64,000 nt of DNA from Dimorphilus gyrociliatus (lineage: Eukaryota; Animalia; Annelida): NCBI GenBank assembly GCA_904063045.1, contig CAJFCJ010000014.1:372001-436000 (forward strand), read 5' to 3'. Under the pieces are notes generated by a model. That model searched no databases and was not told the origin of the DNA. It saw only the letters and a list, made by a program, of their open reading frames with translations. Shown one piece after another: positions 1 to 13,167 of the stretch (the stretch's first letter is position 1; each line of letters starts with the position of its first letter). Both the position numbers and the translations under genes were made by a program.

Positions 1-2325
1 TTCTGCGTCGAAAAAAATCAGCGTCTAGTTTTTAAAATCTACATGAAATATATGAAAGAAACCTCTCAGTTTATAATTGATTTCAATTGTTAAATTGGTA
101 AGAATATTTGAAGAAGAGATGAGCAAATAAAAATACTGTTGATTATCTCTCTTGGGATCAAAGATAAACAAGTTTCTCTTCCTGCAAAATGCGTCCACCT
201 GTGCAATAGACCTACGCTCTTCTCCTCTGAAGAGATAATAGCAAGCTCCTCTGTAGAAATATCCATCGCTGCGACTACAGGCTATTGAAGGAGAGAGTTG
301 AGGAGTTTTTCACCCCAATTCATATATCACTTTACCTCTCTGAATTCGTTTTTCGCATCTGATTATAGGAAGAAATCTCGTGTAATAGATAAAGTTCATT
401 AACCTTCTATAAAAGATAACACAAGTTATTTTCATTAATCATATATATGTGAATACTACAATGCTTTGAATTTTTGATCAATTTTATCTTTCACTTTAAG
501 AGAATGCTATTTCGAAAAATGCTCTCGTTTTTATTAAGATCTAACTATCTATTGAAGGTGATACAAACCAACTTGATCCAGTTTGATTGAAATTGACACG
601 ATGAAAAGTTGACAGCATTTGTACAATTTAAATTGAATAATGACATTCCAAAGTATCTTAACCGTATTCGATGAAAAGAAGTTGAACCTGCAGAAAATCC
701 AAAATATCCGCAAACTAGTTTTGCTTCTTTCCAATACAAGTAGAATGGATTAATGTGATACCAGGATTTCTTGTAATATATCTGAAGACTTCCTTCAAAT
801 TCACTTTTTTCATTTACTTTACCAGTTTCCGCAAATAAACTGCCTTTTGAAAAACTATATAGTCTGAGATCCATATCTTTATTGAACAAATGAATATGGC
901 GAGTTAGAGAAATGATAAGGAAAACAAGCAATTTACCTTTATGTTCCATTATGTCATTTTCACAATATATTTGAAAGGTGAAAAAGAGATCGGTAGATAT
1001 TTCTAATGAGCATCCATTCAAGTATGAATCGTCCCATTTGCAATTCTTCAATATGGGCCAATGAGTATCGTTTATTGCAGAATTCTGATATTTAAATATG
1101 TCGTTTGTCTAAATAAAGAGAATATTAATCAATCAGTTTGTCAATTCGTCAATTCATCAGTCAAAAAACAAACGTATTTCGCTTTCATTTTCACACTGAT
1201 CCCGTGAAAGTATATATCAGGTTTAACTGGTTTAAGAGTCAAACCTAAACGTTGACAATTCGCACTCATTGCCATCTGAATATCTTCGTTTATTGAATAG
1301 GCCAAGGGAATTACGCCAAATCTTCGAGAATCTATGTAGTGAAGAACTATTACGCTGCTGCTGCTTGTTTTTGGAGTGTGGTAAAAGTATTTGTAATAGA
1401 ATGAAGGAGTCTCTCTGATGGAGACATCTTTTTAAACAACTGCGATTAAGATCATCTGCTGAGCATCATAATTGAATGCAATACCTTGAATATCATTTTC
1501 CGAGCAGTGAACGTCACTGAATAGAGAAGGTGTAGAGATATTTTCTAAAACAGTTAATTCATTATCAACAATTTCGACAAATGCCTTTTTTTCAATGTTT
1601 TCAATGTTGATTTTGGACTGAACTCTTCTGCATACTTCTCCATGTTTGGCCTCCTTTGCAGACAGTTTGTAGAATTGTTGATTGATTCTCAAGAGTATAC
1701 TAAAAGATACGGAACGGAGTGTGTTTGCTGCTATCAGCACTGTGTTGAGAGAGAGATGAAAAAGATATGTAAATTGAATAGACAGGAGGGTTTGAACGAT
1801 TTACTTGGAGATTTCTTGAGGAAACACTTCAAACAGTAGTAATTGGTACAAGATTGGCAGTTTGCTATTTGAATGGTTCTGATGGATTGACGTTTTTACG
1901 ATTTAAGAGTTTGAATGCTTCGCTGTGTAGTATATACCTTTTTGCTATTCGATCCTTAATGATTGCCTTAATAATGCTAGAATTGCGCTTAAATTCTGTA
2001 CGATATACAAATGGACGGAGACGTTGTATTTGCTTTCACAACGAAGTGACTATTGTAAGAGAAACAAACCTTTCATACAAATATTGGCTGTGCTATGCAG
2101 GTTATCATATCCCATTGAAGAACATATGGCATTATTCTGTTCTATTGATAGTTGACCAAACAGCATTGAATATGTAGTTCTGTTGTCTAGTGATATTGCA
2201 TTTAATGCTCCATAGACATATGACGGATTTTGTTGTATAGGAGAAATGAAGTACGTGATCTTTTCGCTAGAGAAAAGAGGAAGAAACGCAGTGAATATAA
2301 ATACCGAAAGAGGAAGAGAAGCCAT
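1..2325 (-). CDS. Secreted multi-domain protein with degenerate SRCR-like repeats and a C-type-lectin-like domain; multi-exon, runs off the left edge
   Basis: ATG at 2325 gives the signal peptide MASLPLSVFIFTAFLPLFSS. SRCR-like segments: NNAICSSMGY, GEVCRRVQS..DVHCSE, WKEAKLVCGYFGF..FNLNC. Manual translation of 300-120 gives CSRSDGYFYRGACYYLFRGEERRSIAQVDAFCR, a CTLD N-terminus. Some internal exon boundaries are unresolved. Confidence 0.6.
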
Positions 2326-3777
2326 TTGAATTTGTATAGAAATCACTGAGTGTTTTAATTCATGAATTGAACATAAGAGCAATATGCAAATGATTCAAAG
2401 TAACATTGCCTTTATTCAATTTATAGTGAAACTGCTAAGTATAACATAAAATCACTTTTACGTGCTTTCTATCAAATTACATGGCAACACTTTTCTGAAA
2501 TTACCTTCAATGTAAATATAGGAAATGTTTAGTTATATTCATTTAGGAAATTGCTGTAGTAGTCAATTCTTAAATTACAGTATTCACTTAAATTGTCTCT
2601 CTACTAGTTGCCGTCTACATCATATGAATGTATTATTGTATTATTTCGTAAGTTATATATCATTTTTATACAGTATAGTGATTGTGATTTTTTTGTATAA
2701 CTCTAATGATATTCCTTTCAGGAATCTGGCTTGTGATTAAACTGTTTACGAATTATTGAGAGTTTCGATGTAAGCTCCAACAGCCGAGACATTCATTCTT
2801 TTGGTATCATTTTTAATAAATTTTATACTTCAACTATCCAGAGTTGAACATGTAATATCTCATTTCAATAATTAATAATATAAAAACACAAATATATAGT
2901 TTATACTGAATATCGCTGTTTACTGAATGATTAAGTCTGATTTAGAGATCAATTGGATATAAGTTCCTCTTTAATATTTATCTTTTCACGAGGCAGTTCG
3001 TGTCCAAAGCTAAGAAATTGCTTGAATTGAATAGTTCGCTAGAAAACTTCTAATGAGGTATTAAAATTATTGAACATTTTTTAAATGCAATTAACAGCTA
3101 CAAATTGTTTGATAGCATTATGGAGTTGTTAATTAATATATCTAAAAAAGGGAAACAGTTATCAGGGAGGCATTCTTTCTAAAGGTGATAATCTGATGAA
3201 GAGGGAGATCGCATTTGGCACAAAACAAACACTTCATATACCTATTGTCATCTTTCAGAAACGGTTTTGTTGCAGTCCAGAAATGCAAAGGGGATGAGGC
3301 TTAAAATCTGAAAAGAAAACAGTTTTACTAAATCTATTATCTACCCTGCTGTCGTCACAATCATTTGTATATGAAAGATGTTTGTGCATTTATACATAAA
3401 CTTATAAGCAATACAAATTAAATTTATCATTCGTACGTATATTACATTCTCTTCAATACTCAATCAATTGAGCAATATAACTAATAAAGGCTGTTTCATT
3501 GTTTAAAAGGGGTTCTATTTATAATTACTACCTTAAAAAGAACTCTATTTCCTAATCCAAATAATTAACTTGCATTTATATAAAGTATGTAACTATGATT
3601 CTATAGGTTGAGTTAACTTCGAAAAGTGTGGAAGTAAGGGTAAAATTTCAAAAAGAGGGGTTACAAAATGTGAGTTCGCTTTTTAAGGGAATTGAAGAAA
3701 TTTAAATATTAGTATTACAGTGTTGAACAGACTATGTTGTAGGTTTTCAGCTTTTGACATAGAATTAGCCAGTCGAA

Positions 3778-5036
3778 ATGGAAATAATCAATTCGTTTAC
3801 CGATGGCTATGTTGCTGTTATCTTTTCTATGATTATATCTTTAAGTAGTGGTAAGGTAGACATTCTTAGCATTCTATTTCCTTTATAATTCACAACGAAA
3901 GTATGCTCTCATAATACAGCTACAGAAGTTGGATGGAATCCTCTTGAAATTGTACTCGTAGAAGGTGGACAGCAAAAAACTGCTGCGTTTGGTGTACTTT
4001 CAGGTAGATGGCCAAGTGTTCAGAGGATATCTTGTACCTTTGAAGATGATCTTCCGAGTCAATTGACGACAAAGACACAATTCAATATTCCTGGTAGTCC
4101 CAATTTTGGAATTAAAAGCCATCCTTTCATTTTAACATTGGCGGGAAGGGTCGTAAGAGTGAAATTTCAAGCTGGAAATGATAACGCATGCGAGAATAAG
4201 GTCTATAGTTTAAAGGTACAATGTAAACAACAGGAGATTACGATCAATTTTCCAACAATAAAAGTAATAGTTACGAACACAAAGGACAGTAGCATGTGCA
4301 ATGATCCTCACCTTAACCAAAAAGTGAAAGGAATTGACGAAGATGGTAGAAACGTAACGAGAAATATTTGTTATGATGTCTACGGGACGGAGGGCGATCA
4401 GATGGAATTAATTAGCGATGCTATTCTAGGTTTGTCTCTGTACGTATAGATATTTCTTGTTTAAACGATTCATCATTTCCCAAAGGTACATCTATCGTTG
4501 TTGAACTTCGAGACGACTACTTCATCGGTAAAGTGTTTTTTTCTTCTAAGTTGGGATTGCTCAACGTTACTACGACGGCAATTTCCAATCGAGGACAGAA
4601 AATTACCCATTGGGGAAAGGAAGACTTATATGTAATCGGCGAGATAACCACACACGTTCAAGCAGTCCTTAAACTGTCGCTGGATAATCTTATAATTGAA
4701 TACAACGACGGGAAGAGATGTCAATCAATTAGAATTGTTAGAATTCAACAGACATTCGGAAAGAGCTATCTAAATGTGCTTATCGAAAAATCAACTAATA
4801 AAGATGGCGTATTTGACAAGCATCACGGTGGTATTTTTGGTTCAATTGCCAATCAACAGTACCAATTCTGTTACCCTGTTCAAGGAGAAGAAAACGTCAC
4901 TGTAGTTAAAATTAATGGAAGATTTGTTAAAGCTTTTCTAAAGGATAAACCTGATCAAGATCATCAATGTTATTTAATTAGTATTCAAGATCTACTCTTC
5001 CCTAAACATGTTTCTTCGTTTCAAAAGTCATTATAA
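3778..5036 (+). CDS. Array member P1: signal peptide + variable domain + CNDPH + ITI-HC-C-like domain
   Basis: Exon1 MEIINSFTDGYVAVIFSMIISLSS (donor gtaag 3851); exon2 contains ORF 4063-4449; intron 4430-4485; exon3 GTSIVVELRDDYFIGK...FQKSL stop. Confidence 0.88.
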
Positions 5037-5342
5037 TAAGTATTCCCCGTTCTGATCAATGATTGAAAAATTATTTCAGTTAAATAAATTATAAATAAAC
5101 AATGCGATAAGACAAATCAATGAAATTGTGATATTATCTATCCAAATGTACTATGTTCGTTTTAGCGGAGAAGATACGCAACGACTTTATAAATTTGATA
5201 CAAAAGATTACATCTTTAGTCTAATAAGAAATTTAATATGTTTATAATTAGGCGTATGAACATATGAAGAATGACGTAATCTCATAAAAGCTAATCATCT
5301 AAGATTGAAAAGAGTCAACAAATGAAAAAATGTCTAGTTGTA

Positions 5343-6219
5343 TTAATAATGCTTTTGAAAATATTTCAAATTCTTTGGATATAAGATCTTGTTTAAATCT
5401 ACTTTATAAAAGTTCTCTCTATCATTGGAGACTCCTTCTCTCGTCGACAATGATTTCATATATCTACCATTCACTTTTAAAACTTTATTTTCACCGAGTA
5501 TTTCGTAGTTTCGTTTTGAAATCACTCCGAATAGACCGCCGTGAAATTTATCAATTATACCTTCATTTAACGATGAATTTCCTATACGAAATGTCAGGCA
5601 ATCTTGGTGAATTTTCAATACTGTTACATTAAGATGTCGTCTATCACTTTTTAGGTTGAAGAAGGACTGTTCCTCTGTTGATTTTACATCCACTCTAAAC
5701 TGTCTATTACTCATGTCAAACTTGTATGAATTTATCCAAAGGAGCTTTTTATCAAAAGGAACATCTATACCAGATGTTGTTACATTTATAAAGCCAATTG
5801 GAGTTTTAAAATAGATTTTATGGATACAAGAATCATCTCTAAGCTTGAAAACAATTGAAGAGTCTGTGTTAAAAAAAAGAAAAGATAAAATGAGAAATGA
5901 GGGAAAGATAAATGAATAATAAAGACAATAATTCAATATCTTACTTAAAATATAATCAGATATTATTTCAAATCCATGTTTTGGTTTTCCTTTCAAATCA
6001 TACGAGACATTAATGCTGACTTTATTAAAATTCTGATCAAATCCATTAACAATTTGCTTCAAGCCAATATCTATATATATATATATATATATATACAGTA
6101 TATAAACAGCAAAAATAGTAAAAATTAACAAGTATAAACTGTAAAGAATCCCTCTTACTATAGCATTTCATCAGATTTATAAGTATAAAGATGAAAATGA
6201 TATGTAAAAAATGAGCCAT
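5343..6219 (-). CDS. Array member P2: signal peptide spliced directly to the ITI-HC-C-like domain (no variable domain, no DPH)
   Basis: Exon1 6219-6159 MAHFLHIIFIFILINLMKCY with gtaag donor. Acceptor (ta)n-ag at 6071; exon2 NIGLKQIVNG...ISDYIL; 81-nt intron 5944-5864; exon3 SSIVFKLRDD...HGGLFG...FQKHY. Confidence 0.78.
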
Positions 6220-6529
6220 TTCTTTGTGTCAACTTCCTTGCTGAACCTAAGAGCGAATGCTTAACCGGTTAAACTATCTCTATACTTTTTTATATAATGT
6301 TTTCTTGTTATTTTACTCTTTGAGTTGTGTTTTAAAGCAAAAAAATAACATGCTATTCCCTAGTTTAATTACCACGTGCCAACTATGAAAAGTATGTCGA
6401 CTCTATTGTTTTTATCATGTTGGCATTGATCGATAAGACATTTAGTGTTTAGATTAGCAAAATGATGTATTTAATACATATCTGATTTATCTAATCATAT
6501 TAAGACAGGAAATATTTTAATCTTTTACA

Positions 6530-7733
6530 TTAATTTATCATTCTTTTAAACATCTCTATGCTCTTTGGATAGAGTATATCGTTCATGTTCATAAAGTAGC
6601 ATGTTTGATCTTCATTAAAATTCCTTTCTCTAAATATGGATTTTACTAATCTATTATTAATCTTTACTACTGCTGTATGTTCATCTTTTTGTACGGGATC
6701 GTAGAAACGATATTGTTTATTTGATATTTCTCCAAATAATCCGCCATGATATTTATCAAGTTCTTGACCTTTTGATGTTGATTGATCAATCATGATATTC
6801 AAGTAGTTTTTACCAATATTTTGATGGACCTTTAGAACTCTAACATTCAAACTTCTTTCCCCTCTCTTAATTCCAATCATTACGTACTCATCCCTTATTT
6901 CAAAATCTATCTTGAAACTATTTCGCTGATTATTCAAAGAGAAATCTTCGGCTACTTGCCATCGAAACCTTCTACGAGGCGGTACAAAGATACTGCTGGT
7001 TGTAATATTTAGAAATCCCAATGGAGTTTGCAAGAGTACCTTCCCTATGTAGAAATCGTCTCGAAGCTCTAACACAACCGCAGATTCTTTAGAGGATAAA
7101 AGAAACATACAATTTAATAACAATCTTTCAATAAACTAATTAAATTACCAAGAATTCGATCGGAAATAATTTCAAATTGATCTCCAGCGTTTCCGTATAA
7201 GTCGTAGCAGATGTTCTTGCGTACTCTACTAGAGGATTCATCCATTCCTTTGACAAGTTGTGTTAAATGAGGATCTTTTTCAGCACTATCACCTTCCTTT
7301 TTTATGACAAGCTTCAACACCGTATTTTCAATTGGTTCAAGCAATTCGTTTGTTGGACATTGTAACTTGACTTCTATGGTAATAGAATCCTTGCCATCTG
7401 GTACAGTACCTTTTGTGGCAGTAAAAGACAAAGTCTTTTGACGATTGCCGGAAGTGAATATTAATAGTTGGGAGGATAAACTAACCGAAGAGGATGGTAC
7501 TTGAACTGTACAGACTAGAACATCTGTTAAAAATGTTCCAATTTTTACAGTAGATTTAACGCCCGCTCCTCCTTCAACTATTGTTATGCAGTCCGGTTTG
7601 AAGCCAAATTCTATAATATATTTCAATAAAATTACTGTATAAAACTTGTAAATAACAAACGAGTACCTTCACCGGCGATCAAGTTCATGGAGAGGGCAAT
7701 AGTTATCAGGAAAAAAGCACTGCGTTTAATCAT
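6530..7733 (-). CDS. Array member P3 (EKDPH)
   Basis: Exon1 MIKRSAFFLITIALSMNLIAGE at 7733; ORFs 7114-7626 and 6530-7123 carry the family motifs. Confidence 0.88.
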
Positions 7734-8360
7734 CTTTTTCAGGATTCTTCTTCTAGCAAGACGCTAAAGCGACTGGTTTATATCCCGGCTAAATAAATAT
7801 ATAAACATAAGAAAAAACGCCAAGTTTCTTAAGTGAGTGCGTGTTTATATAAAAAGTAAACTGATATTTGGATAAGGAATTGTTATTTAACCTTAAATTA
7901 ATTGAAGCCTATTAGCCATATATTTATTAAATAAACAAAAATCAAATGACTTTACAATCTTAATGATAATATACATTATTATTAATGATAATCCGAAATA
8001 GGTAATCTCTATCAGACAATTTCAACAAGGTATCCCTTGCTTGGATTAAGTCTAGGGGTCTATACTTTCAATTGGCCCGAAAAAAGTAGGAACTTTAAAT
8101 TGGATAGCTGTTTTATCTTATAAAGAACAGAGTAAATTTTCACAGAAATGACTTGAACTCTCCCAAAACGTATTCATTTGTTCGACTATAAAATATTATA
8201 AGTTTATTTAAGAAATAAAACGACAAAATAGCGAAACCATTTCGTATTAACTAAGTGAAAATAAAATTTGTAGAAACATAAAAATAATAAGATTATATCG
8301 TCACGATTGCATCATACGTTGGACATGTAAATTACTTTAAAGATAAATATTCATATGACA

Positions 8361-9569
8361 TTATGAAGACTTTTGAAAATCTTTGACACTTTTTGGAAAT
8401 AGTAAATCTTTCAAGGTTAGTGTAAAGCATTTCTCCTTTTGGTTGAATTCCTGTTTTCTAATCCAAGATTTAACGTATCTTCCATTTATCATTACAGCTG
8501 CGTGACTTTCGTTTTCTTGAACGGGTCTGTAAAATGTATATTGTTTATTGGCAATTTCTCCAAAAATTCCCCCATGAAATTGATCGAATACATTATCCTG
8601 TCCCATTTCTCTACTCATTAAAAGATTTAAATGTTCTTTTCCGTATTCTTCTTTAATCTTGACAATTAAAACGCTAAGAATTCTAAAGCCACTATCGTAT
8701 TTTACGTTGATAGCATTTTTATTACTATTGATTGCTAACATTGGTCCATGTTCTTTATCCAATGTGAAATTTTTCAAGTTGTTCCAAGAGAATTTCGACT
8801 TGGAAGAAGTTTCAATATAAGCAGTATTGATTTCAACAACGCCAAATGGCCCTTGGACGAATACTTTACCGATATAATAGTCATCTCGAAGATGAATGAT
8901 TACCGAGGTATCTACGTTCAATAGAAATTAAATATAATTAGCGAAAATATAAAGATAAAGGAGAAAATCTTACTTAGAATCTTATCGGAAAGAATTTCAA
9001 ATTGATCACCAGATTTACCATATAAATCATAACAAACGGCTTTCGTTTGATTAGAGGACATCTCATCGAAAACCCTAACATTTTGCATTAAATGTGGATC
9101 ATTGCATACTTTTCCTCCAGCAGATTGATCTTCAATATGGATTTTTGCAGTTTTTCGATTAAACGTATTCTGATAATCATTATCGCAATCTATCAGAATT
9201 GTTGCTTCTACTGAATCGCAAGGTATACTATTCTGTAAAGCTAAAACTGAAATTTCAATTGCTTTGTTGTTTGGTGAAAAGAATAGATTCTCTTGCAAAA
9301 TTAGCACTCGTAAGCCAAACTCAGATTGCATATGTAGTAGGCAATGCACATCAATATTTTCATCTATAGATATCACCATTTCACCAGAAGTTCCTTCATC
9401 TATCGTATAACTTGGTTGATTAAAACCAATATCTGTTGAAGTAAGGTTTTATATAGAAATAGATATATGAATAATTGAATAATTATTCTTCTTGATACTT
9501 ACTTTGAGACTGTGCTAAAGTTATGATAAAAAGACCTAAAATTGTTGTAAGCATTACGGAAGCCTGCAT
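8361..9569 (-). CDS. Array member P4 (CNDPH)
   Basis: Exon1 MQASVMLTTILGLFIITLAQSQ at 9569; exon2 begins with Calx-beta-like IGFNQPSYTIDEG; ORFs 8918-9379 and 8361-8921. Confidence 0.88.
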
Positions 9570-9931
9570 ATTTTTCAAGTGTACCTTCGGTAATTGTCAA
9601 CAAGACTGATATACTAAAACAATAGCCTTTCTTATAAAGACGAAATTCTTAGATGAGCAAAGTCATATACAGAACTAAAGTACCTTTTCTAAGAAAGCAT
9701 AAAATAAAAAATGTTGTGATCTAGAAAAAGATATACCAGACCCAGATAGAAAACTTTGCCGACGCCTAATATATAAAATGGGGGATAGGTGGAGAAGAGA
9801 GGGGGGGCGGGCGGGCGGCGACTGCGAAGGCGATAGAAGATGAAATGATATTTAAATACAAATGTAAATATTTTTTTTATAGGTAATACTGTATTTTTCA
9901 ATTTTAATTGCAGTATACAAGACAATAAAAA

Positions 9932-11215
9932 TTAGAGCATTTTATCTAAACGATTCAAAGGTTTTGAAAACTTTTCAAGTAGATTAGGACTTATAATTTG
10001 ATTTAACAAAAGCGTATAACATGTTTCATTATGATCAAAAGTATTCTTTAAATATGATTTAACAACAACTCCATTCACTTTAACAAGAGTCACTCTTCTA
10101 TTTTTTTGAATTGGTTTAAAAAATTCATAATCTTGATTTGAAACAATTTGGAATATACCGTTATGATGTGTATCGAATACGTTCATTTCACCTGTCGATT
10201 CGTCAATCATAACGTTCAAATAGCTTTCGCCATTCTGTCTGGTCACTCTATTTACTTTTATCACTTGAATTCTGTCGGCTTCATAATAGCTAAATATTGC
10301 AGTTGATCCATACAAGTTGACTGATAAATTTGGTCCAGAATCTTCGTCACCATTAAAATAATTACCCTGACCATTCCAAAATAATTGCGTGTGTTTGCCT
10401 ATAGCTATGCTAATAGTTGATATGATAATATTTTCCAATGGAGTGTTAAAGAATATCTTCCCAACATAATAATCTCGCTGAAATTCGAATATAGACGCAA
10501 GATCTGGAAAAAAGAATTCAGCTATAGTTATTTCGTATTCCCTAATTAGTAATAATAATAATGAAGAGATAGCTAGAAAAATATTCACTTAGAACATTAT
10601 CCGAAATTAGCTCATACTGACTACCAGCTTTTCCAAAAGTATCATAACAGATTAGCTCCTTGACCAGTACACCTTCTTCGTTGACGCCTAAAACCTTTTG
10701 AGAGAAATAGGGAGCTTCGCAATGTCTAGCTGGTGTTGAATTTATTACGTATAAATCCAAATAAGCATTTTTAACATCTATCACTCTTCCCGTTTCCTCA
10801 CTTTCAAAGCATCTCGCTTCTATACGATACTTTTTATCGGAACATGATGAATCGTCGTTTAAGCCAAAAAGTTCTAAATTCTCTATTGGCCATGTTTTTT
10901 TCAAATAGAAACTATCACTGGGAATAACTAAATCAACTGATCCAGGTGACTTGAGCTGACATTCAATAGGATTTATATAAGGCCAACTGTCTAAGCTAGA
11001 GATAATACCAAAGTCCAACATAATCTCTTCACCTTCGATGATAGTAGCATTCGTTTTAAACCATCCTATCGCTACTTCTGCTGTTTGACGCTTCAAAGTT
11101 ATATTTTTTCAATAAGCTACAAGAAAAAACACTTACGTTCTAAATCATAATCATAATAGCTTTCGCACGGTATGGAAAGGTAGAGAAAACATAGTATATA
11201 AAGAATAAAGCCCAT
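9932..11215 (-). CDS. Array member P5 (DPH replaced by CEAPY)
   Basis: Exon1 MGFILYILCFLYLSIPCESYYDYDLE at 11215; ORFs 10542-11096 and 9932-10588. Confidence 0.85.
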
Positions 11216-11563
11216 CTCTTCTCTAGTCGGTGAAATTCACCAATAAATGCCTTAATCATATATCACTCAGTCTAATATACCACATGGACTTTTTTACCAT
11301 CAGTCAATACTATATAGCAAGCAGTATTAAAATACATAGATACTTATGAAATATAATTCACAATTAGAGTTGCATTCTTTCCAGAAGATGATAAAAGAAA
11401 TCTGATATTAGTAATAGGCTGAAAAATATGATTAACCAACAACTGATATGATTGCAACACTATTGAGATACTAGTTGACTAATTTCATTAATTTTCTTAT
11501 TAATCTTTTATTTTCAACATGGAATGCTATAATAATAATAAAAAAATAACATCTATAAGAAGT

Positions 11564-12768
11564 TTAGATCTTGATGACGTCAATATTTCTAGGAAACAGG
11601 ATATCTTCAATTTTCAACATATAACAGCTATTATTGTCCTTAAATTTTCTAAAGGACTTGACAATTCTATCGTTAATTAGGACAGTTGCTTGATTGGTAT
11701 CTTGAACTGGTTCATAGAATTTATAGTCATTCGAAAAGACAAGACTCAATAGACCACCATGATATTTATCCATTAATCCCAACCTATCACTCGTCTCTTG
11801 AATATTAATATTCAAATAAGACTTTCCAAAGAATTGTTTGATTTTCAATAGAAACAATTTCAACTTTCTTGAATCTCGTCTAATAATTATAGTAATACTA
11901 TTTCGAACGATAATATCAATCTTATATGCTGAATCATCAATTAAACGAGTTCTCTTCTTATCAAACCAAGTTTTATAATATCCATTCGGTCCTTTAACAT
12001 CTTTAGTAGTTACTTCGATACTACCATATATAGTTTTAATGATTATACTTCCTATGTAATAATCATCCCTCAGAGATGAGATGATGCTTACTCCTTTAAG
12101 AAGAAAGAAAACAAGATTATTTCAATTTTTCTACAAACAACAAATTGTTTATTACCTAAATATTTATCGGATAATAGTTCAAAACTATCGCCACTCTTGC
12201 CGTAAAAATCATAGCATATCGTCTGATTAACGGAATTGCCTTCTTCATCTTTCCCTCTAACGACTTGTGCTAGATGGGGATCGCCACACATTTCCGGCGA
12301 CAATGAATCGCTGATTACATAGCTTACAATGTCCGAATGCATTAGTTTATTTTCTGGCATCATTTCAGGGGTACAATCGATAAGCATACCGGCAAAAGTA
12401 GTACCAGATTTACAATCAAAAGGAATATCAATTTGAATTGTTGTTTTCAAATTTGAAGGAGTTAGATGAAAATTTTCTGGAATAAAAATTAAAGATCTAC
12501 CATCCGGACTTCCGCTTTTTACTTTACAATTTAAATAACTTCCATATAGCATATCCCAATCTTTCAAAACACCAAACTCTTCAATAATTGTGTCTCCTTC
12601 TTGAACAAAGCTCGGACTAACCACATCCCTACTGAACCCAATTTCTGGATAAAAAATTCAATGAATGTACCGTATATATAAATATATTAAACACGTACCA
12701 GAATTAAACGAACAATCTCCAATCGAGAAAACTTCTATAACAATTATGCATACGATAAATTTCAACAT
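11564..12768 (-). CDS. Array member P6 (canonical CGDPH)
   Basis: Exon1 MLKFIVCIIVIEVFSIGDCSFNS at 12768; ORF 12088-12624; exon3 ISSLRDDYYIGS...HGGLLS...DILFP. Confidence 0.88.
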
Positions 12769-13167
12769 CTTTCACTATATTTGTGTTATCTCACATGCAA
12801 TTAGAGAATTGAATGAGTAGTTATCAATATTTTAATATTAAACGCTAACAGACTATTTATTATTAATAATATTATTACAGATAAATCTATTCTTATGATT
12901 TTTATGGTAGAATTTTTCTAGAATGACAAAAAATGCGTAAACTTTTTAAAATTCTACTTATAAGGCAACGTGTATGAAATGAAATGAAACTCAAAGTGTA
13001 CTACTTAACTTGTTTTGTTGTCCTTGTTCTATTCCTTTTTTTATAGATCGGATTGCTCTACACGTGGAGAGCTTTAAAGTTAAGAGTAGTTTGGCTATTT
13101 TGAGTTCAAGCCGGCTAATCATCTGTTTTCTGGGTTAGAGCCTCCTTGAATCAAAGAGACGGCCAAT

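Noticed and set aside
13040-13130. B-box-like GTTCAAGCC and a small hairpin suggesting a tRNA or SINE
   Set aside because: No cloverleaf or acceptor stem and no second copy in the window; more likely the P6/P7 divergent promoter region.
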